Assembly (NCBI GenBank): GCA_973895155.1
Contig: OZ316893.1
Span: forward strand, 14,972,645-15,036,644
Length of the DNA: 64,000 nucleotides
Origin: Marsupella aquatica
Taxonomy: Eukaryota > Plantae > Marchantiophyta
Reading direction: 5' to 3'
The notes below the pieces were generated by a model. It ran no database searches. It worked only from the letters and a program-made list of their open reading frames with translations, and was not told the DNA's origin. The first letter of the stretch is position 1, and the number at the start of each line of letters is the position of its first letter. Both the position numbers and the translations under genes were made by a program. Shown piece after piece: positions 1 through 12,100 of the stretch.

Positions 1-596
1 CGTCTCTCGCTGTTGTCGTTACTGGATCGATCACTGGAGTCAGCGCAGCGAAGAAGAAGCTCTGCGTTGATTGTTGCACTCCTCTCAGCTTACCTTCCCT
101 CCTCGGTTGGCAGTTCAAGGCTTTGTATGGCCCCGTAAACAAAACTCTGCATGCACGATGAAGACCTGAGTGTGCACGATGAAGACCGTCCTGAGCAACG
201 AGAGTACGAGACCTGAGCAGCATCCGCCATTATTGTGTCTCGCCCCGCAAAGGCGCAAAGGCGCAAATTGATGAGCGCAGCCATTGATCAAAAAGCATTG
301 TGCAGGTCTGCAGGTCTGCAGGACTTCGTGTTTCATGAGCATAATGAAACTATGAAAGTGCGTGTTTGGTACTCCTGAAATGATGATGGTAAGTAAAGAT
401 CTGAGTGCAGCATTTCGCTCATAGCACGACAGTCTCTCTATAAGTGCACACTAGCACTAAGAAGCATTCTGTGTGCACTTAACATGACTTTGCACTACGT
501 GAAAAATGCAAACAGCATAAGATGTAGCATTTTATCAATAAACGAGCCCTATACCCGAGCTTTGCACGGTGCAATGAGGGCTGGCCCACAGGGCAG

Positions 597-712
597 GGGG
601 GCTGAGAGGCAAGAGAGGCAAGTGGTAATCGAATCAAATGGATAGAGGCTGGCACACAGGGCCGGGGGCTGAGAGGCAAGAGAGGGCAAGTGGTAATCGA
701 ATCAAATGGATA
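597..712. repeat. Two-copy direct repeat (~47-bp core)
   Basis: GGGGCTGAGAGGCAAGAGAG(G)GCAAGTGGTAATCGAATCAAATGGATA occurs at ~597 and ~665. Confidence 0.8.
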
Positions 713-1682
713 CAAAAATCCTCTAAAATATCTAACGGCCAGATTTGATTCCCGCCAATTCTCTATTTCATAACGGGATCACTTATTATAGTTGTAGATG
801 CACATTGGGCACTTAATGTGACTTTGCACCAGGTGATAAGTGCAGAAATGTGGAATTGTGCATTTGTTGATAAGATGTGGCTCTTATCAATAATGCACAA
901 TGGGCCCTCTGTGAGTGAACACTGTTGTGAGTCCCAACCTAAATTGTACATCCCTGCCATGGACGTGATCCCCTATCCCATGTGTGCAGTGTTCACTCTA
1001 TGTAAAAGTACCATGAGTTTGTCATAAGTGTAAGTCCATGGAATTGTGGGGTTACTGTTAAGTGTTTAATGCACCCTAAACGTTTGCACTTACATTGTTA
1101 TCTTTTAGTGAAAAGGTTTTGGCCTCTTTGTACTCACAGAAAGTGCAAATGGCTGGAAAAAGGGAAGAATGGGATGCTTTACATTTATCCAGATGTTGCA
1201 CTTATGGAGTGTGCATTTATACACACACGACTGTAAAGTATGCTAATGATCAAGCGTCATTGAGGCAGTTGGGCCTGGGATCAATAGGGCTGTAGCTTAA
1301 GCATGTTTGTGTAAGGTGTAGTAAAAATGCTCCAAATATTACAGTATGACATGTGATCTCAATTCTGCCTTTTTCTCCCTCATCCTCATTTCTTACCGTA
1401 GACTATTATTGGTAAGTTGCTAGATCTTTTAATTATTTTGCGGACCCCTGTTATATGCATGTTTTTTAATGCTTTTAAACCAGAACTGCCCATACATAAG
1501 GGGGAAGTGTCCAACACTTCTCCCTTTTCTACATACCACTCTTTTCTTTCCTAAGATGCTAGTCTGCTCCATGATTTGGGGAGAACTTTACTCTTAATAG
1601 TGAAATTTGGGCCATACTGGTAACCCATAGCTCTTGAAAGGGCAGCTATGGTTCAAGGGAGATATTCCGCGTTTGATTTCAT

Positions 1683-1895
1683 TTAAACCACACCTGCCCC
1701 TATAAACGGCTACAGGTAACCTGTAGCTCTCATTCTAAGGAGTAGAAGTTCAGAAATGTGCTTTGAACTCCACAAAAGGTGCTGACTGCAAAACCTATTT
1801 TTGGCAAGTACTCCACAAAACGTACTAGTGTTCCACCTTGTATGGTGAGTAGTGAGACATGGAATGAGGCTTTTATAATGACAGGTGTGGTTTAA
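1683..1895. mobile_element. Putative MITE (~210 bp) with short terminal inverted repeats
   Basis: TTAA-ACCACACCTG at 1683-1696 and CAGGTGTGGT-TTAA at 1882-1895. A related partial copy lies at 3811-3898. Confidence 0.55.
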
Positions 1896-3810
1896 GGTGA
1901 AGGGAGAAAGAGTTGAATGCATTCTGGGTTTTGTGACAGCCTCTACAGCTACGTTTGCCAATTTTGCTTGAACCATTGCAAATGCCATTCCTTCCTCCAA
2001 GGAGTCTGCAGCTCCCTTGCCGCGTCCTTGACAGATTTGGAATCACAAGCTTGCAAAGCTCTCACTTTGACTGATCCAATGTGGGGTCTGTTGTGCTCCT
2101 GGTTAGTCCCTCACCAATACGAAATACTTTAGGGAGTACATGAATTTTATCATGTGACCAAGGTTGGGGTAGGGTGCCACTTTGACACTGGAAAGGCCCT
2201 CAAGCTGGTTTGAACAATTTGAAGTGCCTACTTGGAACCACACGTTCCAATTCCCCTCTTGTGACTGAGGCAGCCTACCTCCACTTGAGAATGCCTTTCT
2301 GTTGATCTACTGATTCACATTCCATTCCAGGGATTAAGATTACAATCCTATCCATCCATCCATAAATCCAAATTTCAAATCAATCAGCACCGCACAGGTA
2401 TTGCATTCTTATACTCAGGGGTCTCATTTTTGCACAAATGACACATCAAGTAAGGCAAACCATATGGTAGTTTGATTAGTCCTAGAAAAACTTAATTATT
2501 TTGTGAAAGGTCATTACGATCTTTAAATCCAAATTTGACACATTAAAAGGTAGGATTTAAAAACTAAACCTGGGATTATTCCAATAATCTTTCAAATTAC
2601 TAAGGGTAAACAAATTAGATTTTTTTTCTTAAGTTTATGGGTGCACAAGACCTCAAAACATTGTAGGTGCTATGGGGGCTTCATATGGTAAGGCCCCCAA
2701 GTTCCTCTAGACTTCTCGAAAGGATATTCTATTTTTACAGTTGTACATAGGGCCCATTTTGGAAGTGTCGGTCGATCAAGTCCTAGCAGTAATTCATGTA
2801 AGGTGTAAATACGAGATTCCACAAATTTTACATCGGCTCAAAATACTCATGCAACAAAATTACTAAATGCATCAGGGCATAACGGTGATAACTGTCCACC
2901 ATAAAGCTCATTGGAATTGAATTGGAAAGAGCAAGCCCGGTAAAGAGCCCTCTTCATCACGACTCAGTCTATCCGTCACACCTCTACTCAAAGCCCAACG
3001 CTGGCTCCCAGTCCCCCATTTCACCCAATCCAATCCACGCTGATGCAACTCAATCCAATATGCTTCAGTCCAATGTACTCTAATCCAATGCGGTTCGGGA
3101 TCAATAGAAAGTCAATACATAACATTATGAACTGGAACTGCGATTATGCACATGAGAGCAGCACAGGAACTCCAATTACCTCTGCTTTGATTCCAGAATG
3201 CTTAGTGCAAGAGTCATGATGTCTCTCTGATCGTCTGTGGCCTTCAGCTTCGAAGCAATTCCTCTTCTTTGACATAAACCTTAAGACAGTTTGCTGGAAT
3301 TGCTTTCCTCTGGACTAGTGCTCCCAATGTTCCTTCCTTTCGCCAATGACAACAGAAGGTGATTATATTCAGGAGCTCGACGGTTGACATAGATGATTCA
3401 TATAACACACTGATATATAAGTGTGTACATTGTATCTTAATCAAATTTCGAAAATTTATGTAGTTAAGAAAGTAAAAAAATGGTCACAACTGGTTATTTT
3501 AATCCATTTGGTTTTTCAGGGTGTGATTTTTCAATTCTGTGAATCTGGTACGTTTCCTGGGTCTACCCGTTTTTGCTGGCCTAGTGGTGCAAGAAATTTT
3601 GCGACCTACTTCTCAAGGGGCTCCATGAATATCTTAACTATTAATAATGTTTTCTCTTTGTATTTGATGAATACATTATACTACAGAATCTTAGCAGCAT
3701 GTGGTATGAGCATTTTATGACACAAGGAGCTGGTGGATGTGTTATGAGGGCTCCTGGTGAGACCGAAAGATAATAGTGGCCCTCTCAGATATAATGTTGA
3801 AGTTTGTTAA

Positions 3811-3898
3811 TTAAACCACACCTACCTCTATAAAAGCCTCATTTCATGTCTCACTACTCACCATAAAAGGTGGAACACTAACAAGTTTTGTGGAGTAC
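3811..3898. repeat. Partial inverted copy of the 1683-1895 element
   Basis: Near reverse complement of 1808-1895, including the TTAAACCACACC end. Confidence 0.75.
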
Positions 3899-4503
3899 GG
3901 TTGAAGCTTTGATTAGTAGTCGATCAAGATTCTTGTCGGATACCAGATTATCCAGTCTCTCGTATCCTCAGGTCTCGTCATTTAATTCCTACATCTGACA
4001 GTTTAGAGATTCTTCGCCAAATCGTTGTCTCCATTGATGCAATGGCTTTGAGCTGCCCGAGTCTCTTGGCTTGCTACACGAGCTGCCATGTATGTTTATG
4101 AAGTCATGCTTTTTTCCAGTGCTGGATGTAACAACGCTGGATAGACCGCGGCGTCGGTCATGGAAATGTCAAGTTCCGGCATTCGAAGATGAGGAAAAAA
4201 CACCTGCCAATTCTGCCAATGAAAACTTCAGCCGCTGATGTTATTGCTGGCCAACAGCAGCACCAGTCATGTTTATGTCATTGCTCCCTTCCTTATCGGT
4301 TGCTATGTCAGGGGCTGCTTTCGGGCGATAGTTGCAAGAACTGGATTCTGCAGAGACGGTCCCATCTTCCCAAAGGTGACGGCTTACAATCTAGAATATG
4401 GAGGTTGCGATAGAATCAGAAAAGAGTTAATAAGAGTCGGATATCACTCTCGAATAAACCTTCCCCTCCAGGATTTCGGAGTACTTGCACTGCAAATCTG
4501 AAG

Positions 4504-4710
4504 CCTTAACGAGTACTTTCAGATGGCAGTTAGGCCGGGGTTTGCTAAGAACTCTCATATGCAAGAAACACTAGTTCAAGCAGCACCTAACCGTCCAGAG
4601 CTTGGCCCTTAACGAGTACTTTCAGATGGCAGTTAGGCCGGGGTTTGCTAAGAACTCTCATATGCAAGAAATACTAGTTCAACCAGTACCTAACCGTCCA
4701 GAGCTTGGCC
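4504..4710. repeat. 103-bp tandem duplication
   Basis: CCTTAACGAGTACTTTCAGATGG... starts at 4504 and again at 4607. The units are nearly identical and include RecA intron-11-like sequence. Confidence 0.9.
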
Positions 4711-6030
4711 CATCTACATGCGCTTAGAACATAACTACCTGGTTTCCCCAAAGCTGTAACATCATCTCTTTTGAACAAGCACTCCAAGCTGGTCGGCAAA
4801 ACCTAAGATTCATCCCTGCGTGACCACAGATTATGCTTTAGGTGAAATCTTCAATTATGGTGAGACATCATGTTTGGAGAAGGTCCGAGGCTTTTTGAAC
4901 ATGCCAACAAGGACGTCGCGGCAATATAACAAAACAAAACAGTGATTGGAATTTCTAAGCCTTAGCAAAATAGTACCTTGCTTTGGACTACTCTGACTCG
5001 AGCTCGAATACTAATGTCGTGCTCCCGTTGGGCTGCCAGCATCCAATTAATCATTGTGATTTCGAGATCGACCAGTTATTGGGATTGGGTGAAGCTTAAA
5101 TAACGAGCAGCAGGAAGATGTCATTCTCTTACTTGGTGAGCAAGAGGTTTTGAATGAAGTTTACATAATCTTAAAATCTCATAAGGGCAAAGCTTGCAAT
5201 TCACCTGTTCGAATGGCTCGATCAGGACAAGTTCGCATCCAAGCTTAAACTTCATCTTAGCATCCCTCGGAAGCAGATTGACGACTAACATCTCAAATAT
5301 GGGAACGTTATCTCAGGGTTGCTAAACATTATCCCTCACCTGCAACAACCAAAAGAAATGCATCCCATTCAGAAATGAACGATGGAAACAGAGCTAAACT
5401 TTTGATGAAAGAGAAGACACAGATGGAAGGGAGAATTCAGACAGCTTACCTTTATCCTGGCCGGTCTGATTAATGAAAATGATTGTACTAGCAGCTCTTG
5501 AGGCAGTAGCAGGTATTTTCCGTGGTGCTTGGCTGGTAAGACGAGCCTGTAGGCCAATCTGCTGCATCCCTAGTTCTGCCTGCCAATATCCACTTGTCCA
5601 TTCGTATCCAGCACCTAGTTCTCGTCGGGCATCATTTTGGCACGTCAAATAGAAGTCTGCAGGGTAAATGCTTCAGCACAGACAGTAGGCACGCAAGACT
5701 GCCAAGAAATATCGGCACACAAAAGCTCGGAGAATACCTCAATTTCAGCACGCGGAGTCAGTTGAAAGTACATGCACGGCAACAATATACTTCATTGAAC
5801 AGTTCTCGCTTGTGAAAGGAATGCAGCACTCACAAATGCGACATAGAAGGACATTAGTAAAGTACTTGCAAGCGGTATCTCCCCATTGCCTGGTTGACAA
5901 ACAATCAAACTCTTCACATCAACACCAAATGCTCGAGAGTAGTCCATCCTCCAGCTGTGCGTTGCCACTTGTTTCTGTTTGCAAAAAACATCAAAGGTCA
6001 ATGTCTTGCAATAAAATGGTGAACAGCTGA
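4545..6030 (-). pseudogene. Partial, intron-containing RecA pseudogene (inverted duplicate of exons 5-11 of the gene at 27350-31473)
   Basis: Minus strand encodes [42 protein letters not shown] and IRARVRVVQSK. Flanking intron sequence matches introns of the intact copy. It has frameshifts, a deletion of most of exon 6, and exon 10 appears absent. Confidence 0.9.
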
Positions 6031-8081
6031 TAAACAAAAACCCAGAGGGACTGCCTTGGTTTCGAAGCCTACACCACAATAAATTGTATATTGTACACGC
6101 ATACTGTGATCCGAAGCAAAATCGTAACCTGGACGGTGTAATAGAAGTCCTCAAATAAGCATCAACGGATCGAGCGAGTTCACCAGTTACGGCCATCAGA
6201 TGAGAAGAGGTACTCACGAAAGCACACGGAACCTGTGTTCAGGGAAGGTCGAGGTTTTCAGTCTAGACCTTAACTTCGCACGTGTACAAGCTCTTTCAGG
6301 AATCACGTACATAAACCAAAATGGATTTCAAATTTAGGATTGGATAGCTCTTACGGCTCTCACCGTTGTGAATCTACTAGTCAACAAACCACTGTAGCGT
6401 TTGATAAGGAAGATTTGCACTTCATCTGACAAAGTTAACGCACGCCCGGTGCGTCTGGCGTTATAAGGTACAATTACGATACCGTATCGACTATCGACCT
6501 TCTGGTTGGTTAGCCGGGGAACTTTCAATATCTGGCCAGGCATATGTACCGTGCAAAATCCGAGTTCATCAACTGCAAGCATTGCTCTTGAATTCAAGCG
6601 GAACTAAAAGGCTGTTCAGCTTGACAGAACCTTAATCTGACATGCAGGCTACTAGTCCCGTATCCTAAAATTGCATGCGTACATGCTGAATAGGTGTAGA
6701 AACCTTGGAAACGAAAGCTAGTCCTGAAGTGTCGCTTGTTAAAATACATTCAAACTAGATGCGTCTCTTGAGGACGTGTATGACCAATCGACTACTTCTC
6801 TGCAGGGCCTGTCAACAACTTCATTCCCGCTCTCCCTAAGAATATGGCACGTTCGAGATTCAACTCCGACGTCACAACTTGTACGTGTGAAATGGGCAAA
6901 ATAAGACGCCAAGACATTCACAGCCCATCCCTAGAAGATCGCATAACTGGACGTCTGTCCCTCGATCAATCCGACTCGATCACCGATGGAAACTGACGAT
7001 GGTCAGGAGCGAGTCCTTTTAGTGATCCGAAAAAATGTTCTCATCACACACATTTGGATAATTATCAGCGTATCGACTGTATAAAACTTCCGAATGCGTG
7101 CGATGTCTCGCTGCTTAGAGATCTCACCAGACATTCTGATATAAACGAACCTCGCTTTATGCTACCCTATGGAATTCATTACAAACTTGACGACTAAATT
7201 ATATGTGTGACTTCCCAGCGCAATACTCTGTCTCGATCTAGGTGAAGCGTGCACCCCAGGCCATATTGATGAGAGCCTTACAATCATTGGAGCGATTGAA
7301 CTTCTAATATTTTCATCCTTCCGCGGACGTACACGCGCAGGAGTTCGTAAAGCAATGGGATCCTCACCAAACCGGTCGACGGCATGTTTATCATCTCTGT
7401 GACCAAACACTAGCTGGGACGACAGAACCGATTGATCTGACGAGAAATGAAGCAAAATTTTCGATCCAAGACTTTCAAAGTTGAAGAATCTCTACAAAGC
7501 ACCGATCGCAGACACAATAGAGACAATTTGGGTTATGTGAAAGGAATCATTAGTGATAATTAAATATGTACAACTTGATGGTTGAACTGGAACATCGGTC
7601 GTTAAATTCATGATTCAATGCAACGACTCGCCATATGATGCAAGGCAGCTGGCACTGTAGCCTGACCAGTATAAATTGAGAATCTAGCCAGCAAGAGGTT
7701 CTTGTCCAAAACTCCAAGATATTACCACCATGAGTGTCATTCAGACACTACGACCGAGCCCAATCCTGCGATATGATCCTTTAGGACAGCAGCAACACTT
7801 AAAGCGGGATTTGACCGCAAACTGCGACCCTGGGACACATCTGCTAGTTGCAAACTAGTTACAGGGAGGTATTATTTCGACAGATGTTGATGGTCATGCA
7901 TCCTTTGTAGATGAAGTGGAACTGACGAGAGCTTAAGCCGATCAAAGCCGTAAACCTGTAAATTGCATGATCGCAGAACCTTTGCGGTCGATCGAAAAGA
8001 CAATCTCGCTCCTAAGAATTCAAACTGCTCTCAATGGAACGTTGTCTTGTCGACCAACCGGATACTAAATTTCGTGAAGGA

Positions 8082-9134
8082 TCATGCCAGGAAGCTACTA
8101 GAATTGTCAAACATTTGTTGAATGCCACCTCGTAGAGAAGATTGAACTAAGAACCTACATAGGTTGTTGGGATAATTTAGAAGACTACTTTGGAAAGTAA
8201 AATCAGATGAGCTGGTGGTAACGTGAGGGGGCAACGCCATCGGAATTCCACGGAGGGGCCCAGGCGTGACCAATCCAGCAAGGGTGTCGACCATGTCGCT
8301 GAATCTGTTGGTCAACATCACATTACTTCTTTCATCAAACGGTAATGGGACAGCACTTGTGGATGACCTTTGAGGAGTAGGCGATAGCTTCTCTCTGTAT
8401 CCGCTCAAACTTTGGAAAGGATTGACCGTGATTGATTCAGAAGTCAACACTATCTTCTTCTTCTGCTGCTGGTTCCTGCTGCTTTTCATAATACTATTTG
8501 AAATGCCATCACTACTATCGGCATCGATGGAATTCAGTTCCTGCGATTGATGGCCGTGGAAGTGAGGACTGCTGACTTCTGCAAATGGCAATATTGGCGA
8601 ACAACAACTTTGATCTGAGCTGCTGCCGCTGAAGTCGATGTACGATGGCTGCCTTCGTACATGCGGCTTTACATCTTCATCCTGTTGGTAGAAATCTAGT
8701 ATAGAAGGCGGTGACAAGTGTGAATCGGGTGACTTAGGAATGCAGTACTCCACACGGCTGGAGGATGCAAAAATTTTCGTGGCATTGGAGTATTGTGACA
8801 GAATCTGCTGAGCTCTCGGCAGCGAAGAAGTGATGGACTTGGCAGATCTTTTAGATTTGTTGCCGGACCTCGACCGTTTCGTATTGCCTGTAAGTCTCTG
8901 CACCAGCTCCCGGAAATTCGCTACATCGGTCTTGATAATTTTTGGCGCAAAAATGTGAATGACCCGAATCATGCCACTGCTAGCTGACGATGATGAGACT
9001 TGCGACAAGTCCTTCTCTCCGTTGCTTTTGCAGCCAGATTTTCCGATCATATATGACTCTTGGCGAATACTCAACATCTTCTTACTTGCAGGCCCACCTT
9101 CCTTGCAGTCAAGATTGCTGTAATGGCAGTCCAT
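8082..9134 (-). CDS. VQ-motif-containing protein (350 aa, single exon)
   Basis: IRVIHIFAPKIIKTDVANFRELVQRLTG matches the plant FxxxVQxLTG motif. The rest is Ser-rich and low complexity. Intronless, as is typical of VQ genes. Confidence 0.9.
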   Translation of the reverse strand: MDCHYSNLDCKEGGPASKKMLSIRQESYMIGKSGCKSNGEKDLSQVSSSSASSGMIRVIHIFAPKIIKTDVANFRELVQRLTGNTKRSRSGNKSKRSAKSITSSLPRAQQILSQYSNATKIFASSSRVEYCIPKSPDSHLSPPSILDFYQQDEDVKPHVRRQPSYIDFSGSSSDQSCCSPILPFAEVSSPHFHGHQSQELNSIDADSSDGISNSIMKSSRNQQQKKKIVLTSESITVNPFQSLSGYREKLSPTPQRSSTSAVPLPFDERSNVMLTNRFSDMVDTLAGLVTPGPLRGIPMALPPHVTTSSSDFTFQSSLLNYPNNLCRFLVQSSLRGGIQQMFDNSSSFLA

Positions 9135-12100
9135 CCCTTCAGTTTGCCTTAATGCTTCGACGATAATTCTGTTGATGGTTCAGTTCCGTGCTATGAGAGC
9201 CACCGTACTCATTCATTGACTCTCTTTCTTAGATTGATACCGTCAACCTGAGGAGCTTCTTTTCCTGATGACAATATCGCTCCGAATGAGTCCCCACTCC
9301 CTTCTCTGGAGTTAAGAACTTGTAATGTTATCTGTCCGTCCACCTCTACTTTTTGTCGTAGATCTTCAGCAGCAACCTCTCGCCGAGTGGCTGCCCAGTT
9401 CTCGGCCATGAGACATTTTTCCTCCCCTAGAATTGAGTCGTAGTTTCCTTCGTCGTCAGGGGCAAGGCGCTTCTTGCAGTCGTTCAGCGTCTCTCAACCA
9501 GCCAGTGCGTTGTTCACCAGCGAATCACACTTCACCAATCCGTACTTCCCGAACTATTCTTACTCCAAGTCCAATCTAAACATCCTGGAGAGATTTCCTC
9601 TCGATACAAGGGCAGGTCAAGTTCTAGCACAACCCCGAGCTCAACCGAACGATGTTTACCATATGAGAGAGCGCTACGGTAGCGATAGTATAGCTCTAGC
9701 ACAAACTTACCCCCTAGACTCTGTGGCACGTCCTCGGTTCTAATAACCTTCAAAACAATCATGAACAACTCGCAGACGAGCATCCAGAGTATGCTTCAAA
9801 CTAGGCGACAGGTCAGAGTACTACTGAACGCAGACAGGGATCTAAAGCTATGATCTACAATGATAGTGTGGATATATGTAGCCCGGGAGGAAGCAGCAAA
9901 CGAGGATTCGATGGAAGTGTACCTTGAACATGCAGGAGGGAGGGACCAGCCTGCTCAGCGGAGGCAATCTCGGAGAGAAAGACGGAGAGCACTGCGCGCG
10001 TATGTCTATCTTTTTGTTTGTTCATTGGGCGTTGCAATGCAACTACGTACCGTAGTACTGTACCCAACTACCATAGCCGCTTCAGGACAGGACCGGATGC
10101 CTGCCGTAAGTATCATCGTCATGATTCCATAAGCACCACGAGATCGAACAAATGATGTCAAAAGTTTTTCCAAAGCTTTCTGTAATTCTGTTCTTCTGCA
10201 CGAGCCTGACCAGCACGGGACTCGACTACTACACTACATACAGTAGGCGGGAGACGTACGAAGCGGTCGCGCCAGAAGTTACAGTACCTACAATCTCCCC
10301 TGCGAGAAAAAATAAAATCAAGCTCGTCTCAGAGATTTCCGATTTTCGTATCGACGCGCTGACCTCGGGACGAACTCTCTCGGCTCGGCTGTCCTAAGTT
10401 ACGTATTTTTGCAGCTACTTACTATACTTCTTGTGTTTCTGCGACCTGAGCATGATCGATGGCGTGTGGTACACTACACGGTCATGTTCCGATGCTACCA
10501 CCACTTCCGTCTCTCGAGCAAAGCCCCTCTGACTTATCGCAATCAGCTCCAGATTGCAGTCCGAAACAATCGTACTTCTGTCTGCATCGATGTCAATCCT
10601 GTCCCACAATTGGGAAACTTCTCCAGAGCTTGCTGTCGTTCTTGATGATGAAATCAATCTCTCTCTGCACTTCACTGATGAATCTCCCCCCTCAGCCCCC
10701 TGGCTACTGGATCGGTACAGAGCTTCCATTTATGAGGCAATCCGCGCAAAATTAATGCTCATCAAACTGGTTACTGGTCGATGAACTTGATGTGGCCTCC
10801 AAGCTCTTAGAGCATCCCAACAAATGATTAGATTGCAACAAGACAGGGTACACTTGGAAAGTGCACACAGGTTGAACCTCTTTTCCACACGACTCAATCT
10901 CTTTTTATATCATCCAATAATAACTCAAATAATATCATCAAAGTAAAGCTGATTGTCAGATTGTCGTTTTACATCACTCGGGTAACCTGATTAATATCAA
11001 AATAGATCTGATTGTTCGTTGACATGAGTGAGTGCTGTTCCTTTTATGTAGCTGGTTTACTTTTCAAGGCACATTTCCCCAACCTGATTGCTAGCTAGAT
11101 CATCAAATGTGATAATGATGAAAAAGCCTCTTTTCCACACCAGGTTGAACCTCTGTCCCACACCACTGATTCGTGTTTTTTAATATCATATATCCAATAA
11201 CTTGAGTATTATCACAATTAAAGGTAAACACATTGTGAAGAGTCCAGAATTTGTACACAGATCTGCAGTTACTTGTCTCTATTGTAGTTGAGGTTTCTCT
11301 GGTTGCCCAGCTGGTTGCTAGTACAAATTAAGCACAAGGGTGGAAGACTATTTTTCTTTTGACAACAGTCAGCCATGAGATTATCCAGGCCATGGCTAGA
11401 TGCAACAAGTGTAGTCCACAAACACACTAGTGACAACCACTACATTTATATTGACATACCTGTTTGCTACTTCATAGGCCTCGTTGCAGTTGGGTTGCCT
11501 TCCGCCAGCCTTCTTCGAGAGAGATCATTTGCGTATTCCTTGAGTTCCTTACCACACACTTCATTGAAAGGTCTGTGGAACACGCCTACTTTAGTTGGTA
11601 ATACACAAGATGATTTATATTGTAAGTTTGTATAGGTTCAAATCCTATTTATGCACACTGGTGGAAAACTATTTTGCTTTTGACTATAGTCATGAGATTA
11701 TCATGGCTAGATGCAACAAGAGTAGTACATTGACCAAATGTAGTCAAGGGTTCCCTTACAGTCTCCCCTGCCTAAATGCACCGTCCATAAATGCCAAAAT
11801 AATGTGGTTCACTGTGACTTGGCCGATTGTTCTTCCTTTGTTTTATCTGACCATTTTCCTTTCTACAAGTGTTTAGAGGTCTCCACAATATGACAAACAC
11901 ATCAGTGAAAATTCTCTACAGGAGTGCATATACACTTATCAATATTAAGAGTCCAAGGGCACAAGAGAATCATGCACCATTTGAAGTGCAATAAGATCAT
12001 CAATGTCGCATTTATCAGAGAGTGCAAACCACCTGGATGCCCAAGCACTTATGTATGAGTGCAAGACCATTGACTAGCTGTGCCACTACTGCACAAATGT

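Noticed and set aside
10850-11740. Several short imperfect local duplications
   Set aside because: No termini, TSD or coding capacity identified; treated as old repeat debris.
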